DNA of 63,225 nt, counting the filler, from Octopus bimaculoides (Eukaryota): assembly GCF_001194135.2 (NCBI RefSeq). It is 8 parts of 7 records of this genome, joined end to end, with 100 filler letters (N's around TTAATTAATTAA, not from the genome) between each part and the next. Parts side by side here need not be neighbours in the genome. Positions count along the whole stretch, not along the records: positions 42,592 to 56,476 come from NW_026382124.1; positions 56,577 to 59,704 come from NW_026365207.1; positions 59,805 to 63,225 come from NC_068982.1; 5 more parts are not named here. One strand, 5' to 3'. Shown piece after piece: positions 52,501-63,225 of this stretch. The position numbers and the translations under genes are program-made. The notes beneath the pieces were generated by a model, which was not told the DNA's origin, made no database searches, and worked only from the letters and a program-made list of their open reading frames with translations. Every line of letters starts with the position of its first letter. Position 1 is the first letter of the stretch.

Positions 52501-53306
52501 ATGTATTATAAAAACCACAAAATTCTTTACTACTTGTCGAACTTCATACTACGCAGGCACACGCACACCTACACATCTACTTAAAGTAGATATTATAAAA
52601 ACAGGAGAGCATGTTAACAGAATTGCCCATGGGAATATCACAATGTATCTGTCGCAATTCAGACGATCATAAAAAAGTCTACATCCACACACTCCCATGT
52701 TTATTTCATCCACTCAAAGCAGAACGTCTAAATTAACACTCCTCAAACATCTTATCTATATCGCCTCTCACAAAAGAAACGATATATTCATTGTGATTTA
52801 CACTAAGCCGCAACAAGATTATTTCATATTTCATTTGTATTTATCATTTAACAGGCATTAAGAAGGAAATAGCCGACACTGTACTAATACTAGTGGTAGA
52901 CTATAAAGTACACAGTCAAGATTTCCGATTTTAAAGTATCTAATGTAATTTAAACTTTAGTTTATAATCGAAAAACTTGAGTGTTGACCATCTGCTATGG
53001 TAGATGTATTGCATACACATAGATGCAAATGTATATGTGTAGACATGAATATATATATATATATATAAAAGTACTCTCAGGGTTAAAAAATGGTAGTAAC
53101 ATTGTTCCGTACGGAACCGCCATGTTGACGTGGCAGCAAACATTACTTTTTAGTATTGTTACTACTTGCCTCCCTTATAGAGATTTTAGTACTAGCTACT
53201 TTGCTTCTATCTATCTATCTAAAATTCAGTTGAACTAGGTACTTGAAGTAAGGTACCTAGCCAATTCGGTGTAGACCGCGTAGCTCAAGGTCAGGTGAAT
53301 AAAAAT

Positions 53307-53427
53307 CAAATAAGTAACAAGGATGTCCAGCTACTAATGCATTACGGGCGTTTCATTGATCGATTAAATGGAGCCGCTTGAATCGGTCGTAATGCATAGA
53401 TACCTAGACATCCTTGTTACTTATTTG
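53307..53427. mobile_element. 121-bp foldback element
   Basis: CAAATAAGTAACAAGGATGTC / GACATCCTTGTTACTTATTTG plus inner ATGCATTACG / CGTAATGCAT. Confidence 0.7.
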
Positions 53428-54125
53428 CTTTATATATATATATATATATNNNNNNNNNNNNNNNNNNNNNNNNNNNNNNNNNNNNNNNNNNNNNNNNNNN
53501 NNNNNNNNNNNNNNNNNNNNNNNNNNNNNNNNNNNNNNNNNNNNNNNNNNNNNNNNNNNNNNNNNNNNNNNNNNNNNNNNNNNNNNNNNNNNNNNNNNNN
53601 NNNNNNNNNNNNNNNNNNNNNNNNNNNNNNNNNNNNNNNNNNNNNNNNNNNNNNNNNNNNNNNNNNNNNNNNNNNNNNNNNNNNNNNNNNNNNNNNNNNN
53701 NNNNNNNNNNNNNNNNNNNNNNNNNNNNNNNNNNNNNNNNNNNNNNNNNNNNNNNNNNNNNNNNNNNNNNNNNNNNNNNNNNNNNNNNNNNNNNNNNNNN
53801 NNNNNNNNNNNNNNNNNNNNNNNNNNNNNNNNNNNNNNNNNNNNNNNNNNNNNNNNNNNNNNNNNNNNNNNNNNNNNNNNNNNNNNNNNNNNNNNNNNNN
53901 NNNNNNNNNNNNNNNNNNNNNNNNNNNNNNNNNNNNNNNNNNNNNNNNNNNNNNNNNNNNNNNNNNNNNNNNNNNNNNNNNNNNNNNNNNNNNNNNNNNN
54001 NNNNNNNNNNNNNNNNNNNNNNNNNNNNNNNNNNNNNNNNNNNNNNNNNNNNNNNNNNNNNNNNNNNNNNNNNNNNNNNNNNNNNNNNNNNNNNNNNNNN
54101 NNNNNNNNNATATATATATATATAA

Positions 54126-54638
54126 AATCATAAATATATAGGGGTCAGCATGAGTTGCTTCACCAACACACTGAAAATTTTTTCTCTAATCTGTATATTT
54201 ATATTGATGTCTCTTATTAGATGGTTAAATTGCAACCCTTTTATGCGGGACTATTTGTGGCGCACATGGGATAGATTCTTGGGGTGAAATGTTGAACTTA
54301 CTAGCCGATAAATTTCGTAAATGCCTTCCCTTATGTGATTTTGATGTCGCTTGGTCAAATACCCATGAGTATACAGACATTTTCAGATTTATCGTACATC
54401 ATGCTGAGGATTGGCAAAGAGTAGTTTTATATTCTTAACCATGAAACGTCGTACATGATTAACTAAAGGCAGGTTTGTTTATTATTTTCTCTTCTGTTTT
54501 TGTTCTATGTGTGCCCTAAATATCGCCATCCGTTAGAGAAAAAATTGTAGTTTAGAATCAGTAGTTCTTTGACTGCTATTTCTAAATTTTCAGTATGTTG
54601 GTGAAGCAACTCATGCTGACCCCTATATATTTATGATT
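54126..54638. mobile_element. MITE with about 55-bp TIRs
   Basis: AATCATAAATATATAGGGGTCAGCATGAGTTGCTTCACCAACA and exact inverse. Confidence 0.85.
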
Positions 54639-54782
54639 ATAAATGTTTTTACCGATAAAGGTTTTTTTCATACTGAACTACTTGGCAAAATTGTTAATTA
54701 TTAATTTTATTACTAATTGGCAATTCCCTGCTATATGTATAACATATATAAGTGTTAGGAAACAGATATAATGCACACAAAT

Positions 54783-55000
54783 TAATTTATTAATTAATCA
54801 ATATATGAACCAAGGAGTTGTTTCATTTCTCAAATAAGATTAAAATCGCAAAACGTATATTAAAAAATATACTTTTGCATTTTAAATAACTTATTAGGTA
54901 TACAAAGGCAAAAGTATATTGTTGCATATGTTGTGCAATTTTAATCTTATTTGAGAAATGAAACAACTGTTGGTTAATATGTTGATTAATTAATAAATTA
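54783..55000. mobile_element. AT-rich foldback element, about 95-bp arms
   Basis: Arms 54783-54878 and 54908-55000 are reverse complements with scattered mismatches. Confidence 0.75.
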
Positions 55001-55169
55001 CTTTGTATCCATTAGATCTCTTTGTTTTCTATCTCAATAAAAATAACTGATATCTTACGATATTCTATATAATATTTTCATTAAAGGATTTTGTTTCTTC
55101 AAATTTAATATATTAAATCAGTGTATCTTGGATAATAATATCCCTATAAGAAGTTTGAATATCCTCACT

Positions 55170-55336
55170 GTGACATATATATTTATATATATATATATAT
55201 ACATATCTAAATCTCTCTCTGTCTCTCTCTCTCTCTCTAGCTCTCTCTCTCTCTCTAGCTCTCTCTCTCTCTCTCTCTAGCTCTCTCTCTCTAGCTCTCT
55301 CTCTCTCTCTCTCTAGCTCTCTCTCTCTCTCTCTCT

Positions 55337-55434
<98 letters not shown>

Positions 55435-55480
55435 CTATATGCGTATATACACACACATACATATATAAATATATATATGC
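55170..55480. repeat. (CT)n interrupted by AG, followed by (AT)n
   Basis: Direct reading. Confidence 0.9.
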
Positions 55481-55627
55481 ACACATACATATATAAATCT
55501 GTATCTATCTATTTATATAGCCATATATAGATTTATATATGTATATACGCACACACATGCATATATAAATCTATATATGACAATTGTAATCTTGCTCATC
55601 TGTACCACTTTTTGCCTGTCTGTCTCT

Positions 55628-55985
55628 CTGCCGTGTGGTAAGAAGGTTAATTCCCAACCACATGGTTCCGTGTTCAATCCCACAGAGCGGTAAAAGCCTT
55701 GTGATTGGATTTGGTAGACGGAAACTGAAAGAAACCTGTCGTGTGTAATATATATATATATATATACATATGTGTGTATTTGTGTTTGTGTTTGGCACCC
55801 CAACCATCGTTTCACAACGGATGCTGGTGTGTACGTCCCTCTAAAGTAGCGGTCCGGCAAAAGAGACGATGGAATAAGTACTAGGCTTACAAAGAATACG
55901 TCCTGGTGATGACTTCTTCGATTTAAGGTGGTGCTCCAGCATGACCGCAGTCAAATAACCGAAACAAGTAAAGGGATAAAAGAAT
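55628..55985 (+). mobile_element. SINE family A, diverged; - strand fragment follows at 56020-56175
   Basis: Similarity to 584-960. Confidence 0.8.
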
Positions 55986-56025
<40 letters not shown>

Positions 56026-57049
56026 GACGGACCTCTTACAGTTTACGCCTACCAAATCCCCTCTCCATAGAAAACACCTGCCCGAGCTGCCCCGAAGCGG
56101 GATTAAACGGGCTGAACTCGGAACCATGTGATTGAAAAAGAAGCTTTTTAACACACAGTCACACCTGCGCCTATACATAGGCATATATGCACAAATACAT
56201 TGACATAACTTTTGTTTGTGGAATCTTTTCTTGAATTTTCGTAATTAAATATTGGTCATGCCTCAATTCCATAGCCAATTGGCATAATGAATCTCAAATT
56301 GCTAACAGCGACTTCACCATCACCATCACCAATTCCGTATCTGTCATAAGACGAAAGATAATTTAATTAGATTTACAAATTTCAATTTACATAAATTTGT
56401 TTAGTAGATATAAACATATAAGCATACACAGAAACACATATACACACAAACACGCACATATACACACGTATACACANNNNNNNNNNNNNNNNNNNNNNNN
56501 NNNNNNNNNNNNNNNNNNNNTTAATTAATTAANNNNNNNNNNNNNNNNNNNNNNNNNNNNNNNNNNNNNNNNNNNNGTGTGTGTGTGTATGCAGTGTTAG
56601 GGGCAGTTGTGTATATGTGGGTGAGGAGGAAGGTGCATTGCTGCGCAGGGTGACAGCAGAAGTGCAGGAGGTGGTGCAGGCGATGGTGGTGGTGGTGGTG
56701 GTGGTGGTGAGGGTGGAGGGGGCTTTTCAATGGAGAGCTTGACAGGGTTTCCTGTTATGACATACGTCAACAACAGCCAACCGCTGACAGCAGATATTTT
56801 AACACCTTCTCAAAAAAACAAAAAACAAACAAACAAACAAAAAAATGCGGCCCACGAAACATCGACGGTGAAGCTCTATCTGTAACACTTTATCTGCTCA
56901 TACGGGTACATCTAGCTTAGCTAGTCTCTGTACTTCTCAGCCTCCTCCTCTCTCTCCATCCATCCATCCGTCTGTCTGTCCGTCTACCCGTCTACCCGTA
57001 TGTCTATCCGTCTGTCTGTCTATTTCTCTCTGTCTGTCTATCTATCTAT

Positions 57050-57282
57050 CTTATTTCTTTATTGCCCACAAGGGGCTAAACATAGAGGGGACAAACAAGG
57101 ACAGACAAACGGATTAAGTCGATTAAATCGACCCCCAGTGCGTAACTGGTACTTGATTTATCGACTCCGAAAGGATGAAAGGCAAAGTGGACCTCGGCGG
57201 AATTTGAACTCCGAACGTAAAGTCAGACGAAATACCGCTGTGCATTTCGCCTGGCGTGCTAACGTTTCTGCCAGCTCGCCGC
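57050..57282 (-). mobile_element. SINE family B (second tail type)
   Basis: Matches 21809-22030. Confidence 0.9.
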
Positions 57283-57334
<52 letters not shown>

Positions 57335-57362
57335 TTATGCGTGTGCGCGCACACACACACAT

Positions 57363-57429
<67 letters not shown>

Positions 57430-57800
57430 CGTACAAACATGGATAACNNNNNNNNNNNNNNNNNNNNNNNNNNNNNNNNNNNNNNNNNNNNNNNNNNNNN
57501 NNNNNNNNNNNNNNNNNNNNNNNNNNNNNNNNNNNNNNNNNNNNNNNNNNNNNNNNNNNNNNNNNNNNNNNNNNNNNNNNNNNNNNNNNNNNNNNNNNNN
57601 NNNNNNNNNNNNNNNNNNNNNNNNNNNNNNNNNNNNNNNNNNNNNNNNNNNNNNNNNNNNNNNNNNNNNNNNNNNNNNNNNNNNNNNNNNNNNNNNNNNN
57701 NNNNNNNNNNNNNNNNNNNNNNNNNNNNNNNNNNNNNNNNNNNNNNNNNNNNNNNNNNNNNNNNNNNNNNNNNNNNNNNNNNNNNNNNNNNNNNNNNNNN

Positions 57801-58035
57801 ATGTATGTGTGTATATGTTTGTTTGTCTGTGTTTGTCCCCCCCCCCAGCATCGTTTGACAACCGATGGTGGTGTGTTTACGTCCCCGTAACTTAGCGGTT
57901 CGGCAAAAGAGAGACCGATAGAATAAGCACCTGGCTTACAAAGAATAAGTCCAGGGGTCGACTTGCTCGACTAAAAGGCGGTGCTCCAGCATGGCCGCAG
58001 TCAAATGACTGAAACAAGTAAAAGAGTAAAAGAGT
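57801..58035 (+). mobile_element. SINE family A, 3' half
   Basis: Tail match after gap. Confidence 0.85.
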
Positions 58036-59949
58036 AAGGAGACAGCCGAAAGATTCAAGAATGGTAAGGAATTAAAAGAGAATGCAAACATAAATTGCAA
58101 AACAGAAAAAAACCCCTCATTTACTGCGTCACATACCCACAATGCAACGAAAACTACTTTGGGGAGACGTAAATGTAAATAAACAATAAATTAGGGATTC
58201 GTCTCTTAGGAATATTCCATGCTGTGAACATCTCGATATTTGTGCAAATGGAGAATGTGAAACATTCCCATTTTACAAAATAAACAATGAAAATGTTCAA
58301 AGACGCAAAACAAAAGAAGAATACTTAATAAAAATTTTAAATCCGAAATTAAGCCAAAAAATAGCCAACACTCCATATGATAAACAATGGTAAAAGAATA
58401 TTTATAAATTCCTTTTATTTTGGAAAATAGATAAAAAGGATTAACTATGCAAGACAAAGGAAGAATACATCACGAGAACCCTAAGTCCGAAAATAAACCG
58501 GAAATAGTTAATGTTACCACTACCACAACAACTTGCTGTTTCATGATAATGTCGGTTACAACGACGAAGGTTCCAGTTGATCCGATCAACGGAACAGCCC
58601 GCTCTTGAAATTAACGTGCAAGTGGGTGAGCACTGCACAGACATACTTGTACCCTTAACGTAGTTCTCGGGGGAAGATTCAATAGACACTCACGTCTGGG
58701 AATCGAAACTGCGAGTCCCTAACTACAGGGCCATTGCACACCTTCACTCCTCTTTCATACTTTATCCAAGAACACGTATGTTTGAAAAGATAAATCGAAA
58801 TCGCTGACACGCTCGAGAAAGAAACTTCTCCCAAGAAGGTTAGTGACATTATTTCAAAAATCTCGTCTTTTTTTTGCACCTTGTAAAACAATATCAAGTA
58901 ATTGTTCACAAAGACTTTGAAGTATAAATATTTGTAAGGGATTTCTCCAAAACGTTTTATTGTAGGGGTTGCAACTTCAACGGATACCAATCGGTGCAGT
59001 TGAAACATGTACAAGGTCTTTGTAAAGCTATATTTTACTGGGTCTAGTCGATCGACTGTCGCCATGATGGCGTATCACCTTCAAAAATTTAATTGATTGT
59101 ACTGACCTCAGCACGTATTTCAATCTGGCATTTATCTTATTGACCTCTGCTTCATGAACTGCTAACTTTGAGACATAGCAGGACACAATACTTGATTTAA
59201 CAACAAATGGACTTTGTGGTCGAGAAGTTTGCTTCCCAACCACGTCGTTCCACGTTCAGTACCTCTGTTTCTTTTCTTAGTCAGATCCATATAATCCTGG
59301 CTCGAGCTAGCTTAAGACCAACAGACAATACATCTGTGACCATCCCCTCGCATTGGGGTTTATGTCTTCCAACACCGTCATCCAATATATATGCCTTACT
59401 TACTTGAAAGTGTGTGATTCGAGGGAGATTTGGTTGCTACATTCAGCAATTCGATCAATCTGTAAAGGAAGTCTCTCACGCACCCACCCACCCGATGTTT
59501 AAGGACCCACATCATATGATGATATGTAACCCCCACTGTTAGTCGGGTGGTCGGGTGGCTGGCTAGCTAGCTGGGGGTAGCTCAAGTCTAAATTTCACTA
59601 ATTCACAGCTGGACTCCCTCCATTTACATATATATATACATGTAAGTTTGTGTGGTGTGGTCGTTTGTCTTTTTTCTCTTCAATGAAATTAGCAGACGAT
59701 AAGTNNNNNNNNNNNNNNNNNNNNNNNNNNNNNNNNNNNNNNNNNNNNTTAATTAATTAANNNNNNNNNNNNNNNNNNNNNNNNNNNNNNNNNNNNNNNN
59801 NNNNCTTATATCTTCTTTTCCAGTGGCATTCTTCACTGATATTGAAAAGGTGAAAACAAGCAATGTTAATTCTCTAAATGAAGTATTAAGAGTAACTGCA
59901 CGATAAAGTGTAGTATATTGCCACTTAAGTGTGGCTGACCCCTAGGGGT

Positions 59950-60107
59950 GGATGTTACTGTTGCTTTTAGCCCCAGGAGGACATCTCCTCCAGCTGGCTT
60001 ATCGACACACGACTGTGTCCTGTTTGCCAAGGGAGTTATCCCTCTCACCACGGCCAGCAGCACGAACGTATCCGGATTTCAGGGTTATTTCCCTTCGTCG
60101 GCGTTCG
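59950..60107 (-). mobile_element. Repeat family E, second copy
   Basis: Paralogue of 30310-30476. Confidence 0.65.
60063..60107 (-). ncRNA. Minimal type-I hammerhead ribozyme motif
   Basis: CGAACG CCGACGA AGGG aaauaa CCCU GAAA UCCGGA UA CGUUCG: 6-bp stem I, 4-bp stem II, palindromic stem III; U4C core change. Confidence 0.75.
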
Positions 60108-60190
60108 ACAGCCGATGACCTTGGTGAGAGAGAAAAACCTGGCAAATCTTATATATAGGTAACAATTAATACTAGCATATAACTATAAAT

Positions 60191-60588
60191 ATATAATCAT
60201 AATAAGGGGTGCTGATAAACAACACCAACATACTAAAGATGGATGCCAATAGCGCTAAAACCATGTCTTGTAACTCTTCTAGCACAGGTTAAGAGCAAGA
60301 AAATGAATAAAGAAGATTTTTTTTTTAAGGGTTAATTATAGATCGATTTCTCGCTTAGAGATATAAAATCCCTCTGACGTTTTGATTAAAATCTGCCCCA
60401 CATAAATCCAAATATTTATGCATACTAATACGAGTAGTACATATCCAGACGTATATATAAATATATTCACACGTATATACGAGTAAGATCGAATTTATTC
60501 ACCTCAACCAGTAAAAAATGTTTTTAGCCCTATTTAACGTCTATATATAATATGTTGGTTTTATCAGCACCCTTTATTATAATTATAT
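60191..60588. mobile_element. MITE with about 35-bp TIRs
   Basis: ATAATAAGGGGTGCTGATAAAC..CCAACATA vs TATGTTGGTTTTATCAGCACCCTTTATTAT. Confidence 0.75.
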
Positions 60589-61057
60589 CTTCATAATTAT
60601 ATATTGAACACACATGTATATATGCAGATACACACATTCATACACACACACAAACACACACACACACACACACACATGCAGACACAAATACTCCTTCACA
60701 CACATGTACGACACACACACACACGTGCATACACACACACGCTCGCACGCACACACACACTCATTGGTATCTGATTTCCTCATTTTGCGTAAGAAGTTTT
60801 GAATAAATGTAGGAATAAAGTTTTGGATATATCAATGAAGTTTGTTGTTATTACCCTTTTCAATATATTTAGCTCTGTTCTTGGGTTATAGGCTTTATTC
60901 ATAATAAGTGCAACAGCGTACATGATTATGCATTCACACATGTGAAATTAGGTGTTAAATACAGTAAGCTGTATTGAGCTCTAATATTGGTTACTTGCCA
61001 TTCATACAAACCAGATGGTATTGGTGTATCTGTTTGTGTATGCAAGTGTGTGTGGTG

Positions 61058-61131
<74 letters not shown>

Positions 61132-61560
61132 TGTGTGTGCTTGTATGTACAGAGACTTTACAAAGCTGGAGATTTTTATGCACTAGAAACTACCTCAGTA
61201 TTCTGACAGACCGATATAGAATGTCCAGTAAGAGACATTCTGTTTCAGGATGTCATAATGCCGAGTAAATTATCAGAAAAGAAATGGTACATGCACATAT
61301 AACAAGAAGTTTCAAGGAATGAAGAACGCACCAAATTCAGAGATATGGCAACTAATACAAAAAGAGAGAATCTTATTTCATCTACACGTTATAGTCAAAG
61401 ATTTAGAACGTTGCCATATTTCTGATCGCCGTATTAATTCCATCGCATATTTACATATTCCAATATATTACGTTATTATGTGGATTATAGGGATTGCTTC
61501 TGTTGTAATTCTCCACATTTTGGATGTATGAAATTTCTAACTCGATATACATGCATACGT

Positions 61561-61611
<51 letters not shown>

Positions 61612-61789
61612 TACATAATCACTTCGACAGATAGATTAATGATTATACTATAAATAGATATAAACAATCATATAAGTGAGTGGACAAGCGAAGAAGAGTG
61701 TCACTGAATACATTTGGGAAGATGACATATTTTTTAATAAGAGTTGCATTAGGCTCCATGCAACTAAAAAGAAGAAGAAGAAGAAGAAG

Positions 61790-62696
61790 AAACAACAAAA
61801 GCTATAAAACAAATGAAATCCAAACTAAAACTAGAACAGCAACGGACCATGATAAAACGATGGCAAGAAAAGCCCCTACATGGTAAATACTGGGCTAAAC
61901 TAAATGCAAAAGAAATAGACAAAACAAAATCCCAGCGATGGCTGAAAAGCTCAGGACTCCTCAAAGCAGAGACTGAAGGATTTTTAATTGCTTCACAATA
62001 CCAAAGACTCCACACAAGAAATTACCAAAAACATATAATGAAAAGAAACATAACAAGTAACTGCAGAATATGTGGCGATAGACAAGAAACAATAAATCAT
62101 ATTGTTTCTGGCTGCCCAGACTTGGCTGAGAAGGATTATATTCACAGACACGAGAGAGCTGGCACCTATATACACTGGAAGTTATACCAACACTATGGAA
62201 TAACAACAGAAAAAAGATGGTATAAACACACGCCAGAAAAGGTCACAGAAAACGAGAAAGCAGCATTACTTTGAGATATGCCAATACACACAGATAGAGA
62301 AATTAAGGCAAATTTGCCAGATATAGTTGTCAGAGATCATGAAGAAAAAAAATGCTTTCTAATTGATATATCAGTACCTACAGATGACAACGTATCTCTA
62401 AAAGACATGGAAATAGAGGTAACTCGAATGTAGTGTCTAAAAACAGAAACGAATCATTAGGCATGGTAAAAAAAATATTCAGACAAATAAATAACAAAAC
62501 ACCAGGACTAACAAATATATATAACATACATAAAATAATAGCACTACTAGGCACTGCACACATCCTACGCAAAACACTTTCAATACAGCAACCATAAGAG
62601 CATCACATCAAACCAGAGTACGTACACAAGGCACACAGCGCTGCGCTAGTTAGTGCAGTGAAAGCACCTTATAGAAATAAGACTACTGAAAATAAT
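61790..62696 (+). pseudogene. R4/Dong-like non-LTR retrotransposon 3' part (CCHC finger plus RLE endonuclease)
   Basis: WQEKPLHGKY...AETEGFLIA.Q...CRICGDRQETINHIVSGC...RH..., then PDIVVRD...KCFLIDISVP.D; stops and frameshifts. Confidence 0.9.
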
Positions 62697-62842
62697 ACAT
62701 TATTTACATTTGACGGATATTTATCCTCATTTTCTTTGTTGTGAACATGACGCTTCGGCTAATATGCACCCCAGCTTTCATCAGGTGTCTTGGAGAAATT
62801 TCGAACCTGGATTCTCACTCCTATATTCCTAAGGTATTTTTC

Positions 62843-62843
<1 letters not shown>
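62697..62843 (-). mobile_element. SINE family H tail fragment with hammerhead motif at 62744-62789
   Basis: GACAC CUGAUGA A AGCUG gggugcauau UAGCC GAAGC GUC AUGUU. Confidence 0.75.
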
Positions 62844-62873
<30 letters not shown>

Positions 62874-62875
<2 letters not shown>

Positions 62876-63225
62876 GGCAAAAGAAAAACTAAAGCAAGAC
62901 ATCCTTGCCAAAGCACAGAGGATCCGCCGGTATGAGAAACGTCAACGTTTCTTTGAACAAAACAAACAGTTCAAATCCAACCCCAAAAAACTCTACCAAG
63001 AACTGGGCAAAAATAAAATAGACATTACTTCAGCACCAACAGCAGAAGAACTAGAGAAATTCTGGAAACAAATATGGTCGGTGAAGCAACAACCCAAAAA
63101 AAGGACCATTAAAACAACGAACTTAGCACCTGAGCAACTCTGGGCCCCTATAACAACTGAAGAGGTCACCCAGACACTGCAAAGACTAAGCAACTGGAAA
63201 GCACCTGGACACGACAAGATCCCCA
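62874..63225 (+). pseudogene. Second R4/Dong-like copy, region just upstream of RT (open to window end)
   Basis: KLKQDILAKAQRIRRYEKRQRFFEQNKQFKSNPKKLYQEL...EKFWKQIW...NWKAPGHDKIP; follows (AAT)10. Confidence 0.85.

Overview
Repeat-saturated eukaryotic draft-assembly DNA, most likely a coleoid cephalopod (Octopus-like). That assignment is inferred from the extreme microsatellite density and the tRNA-SINE repertoire. Seven 100-bp gaps carry a TTAATTAATTAA linker, so the window is about 8 joined segments whose adjacency is uncertain. Nearly all ORF-track entries are microsatellite or N artefacts. Supported content: many copies of at least four tRNA-derived SINE families, decayed CR1, RTE, Penelope-like and R4/Dong-like retroelements, Tc1, mariner and pogo-like remnants, and several MITE/foldback elements. 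One convincing minus-strand coding exon (23048-23567) has a Cys motif resembling the GCM zinc-binding signature. The most notable hidden signal is five minimal type-I hammerhead ribozyme motifs of the Penelope type, in two non-coding repeat families. One family shows compensatory covariation between copies; the other sits in the tail of a tRNA-headed SINE that occurs as a head-to-head inverted pair.
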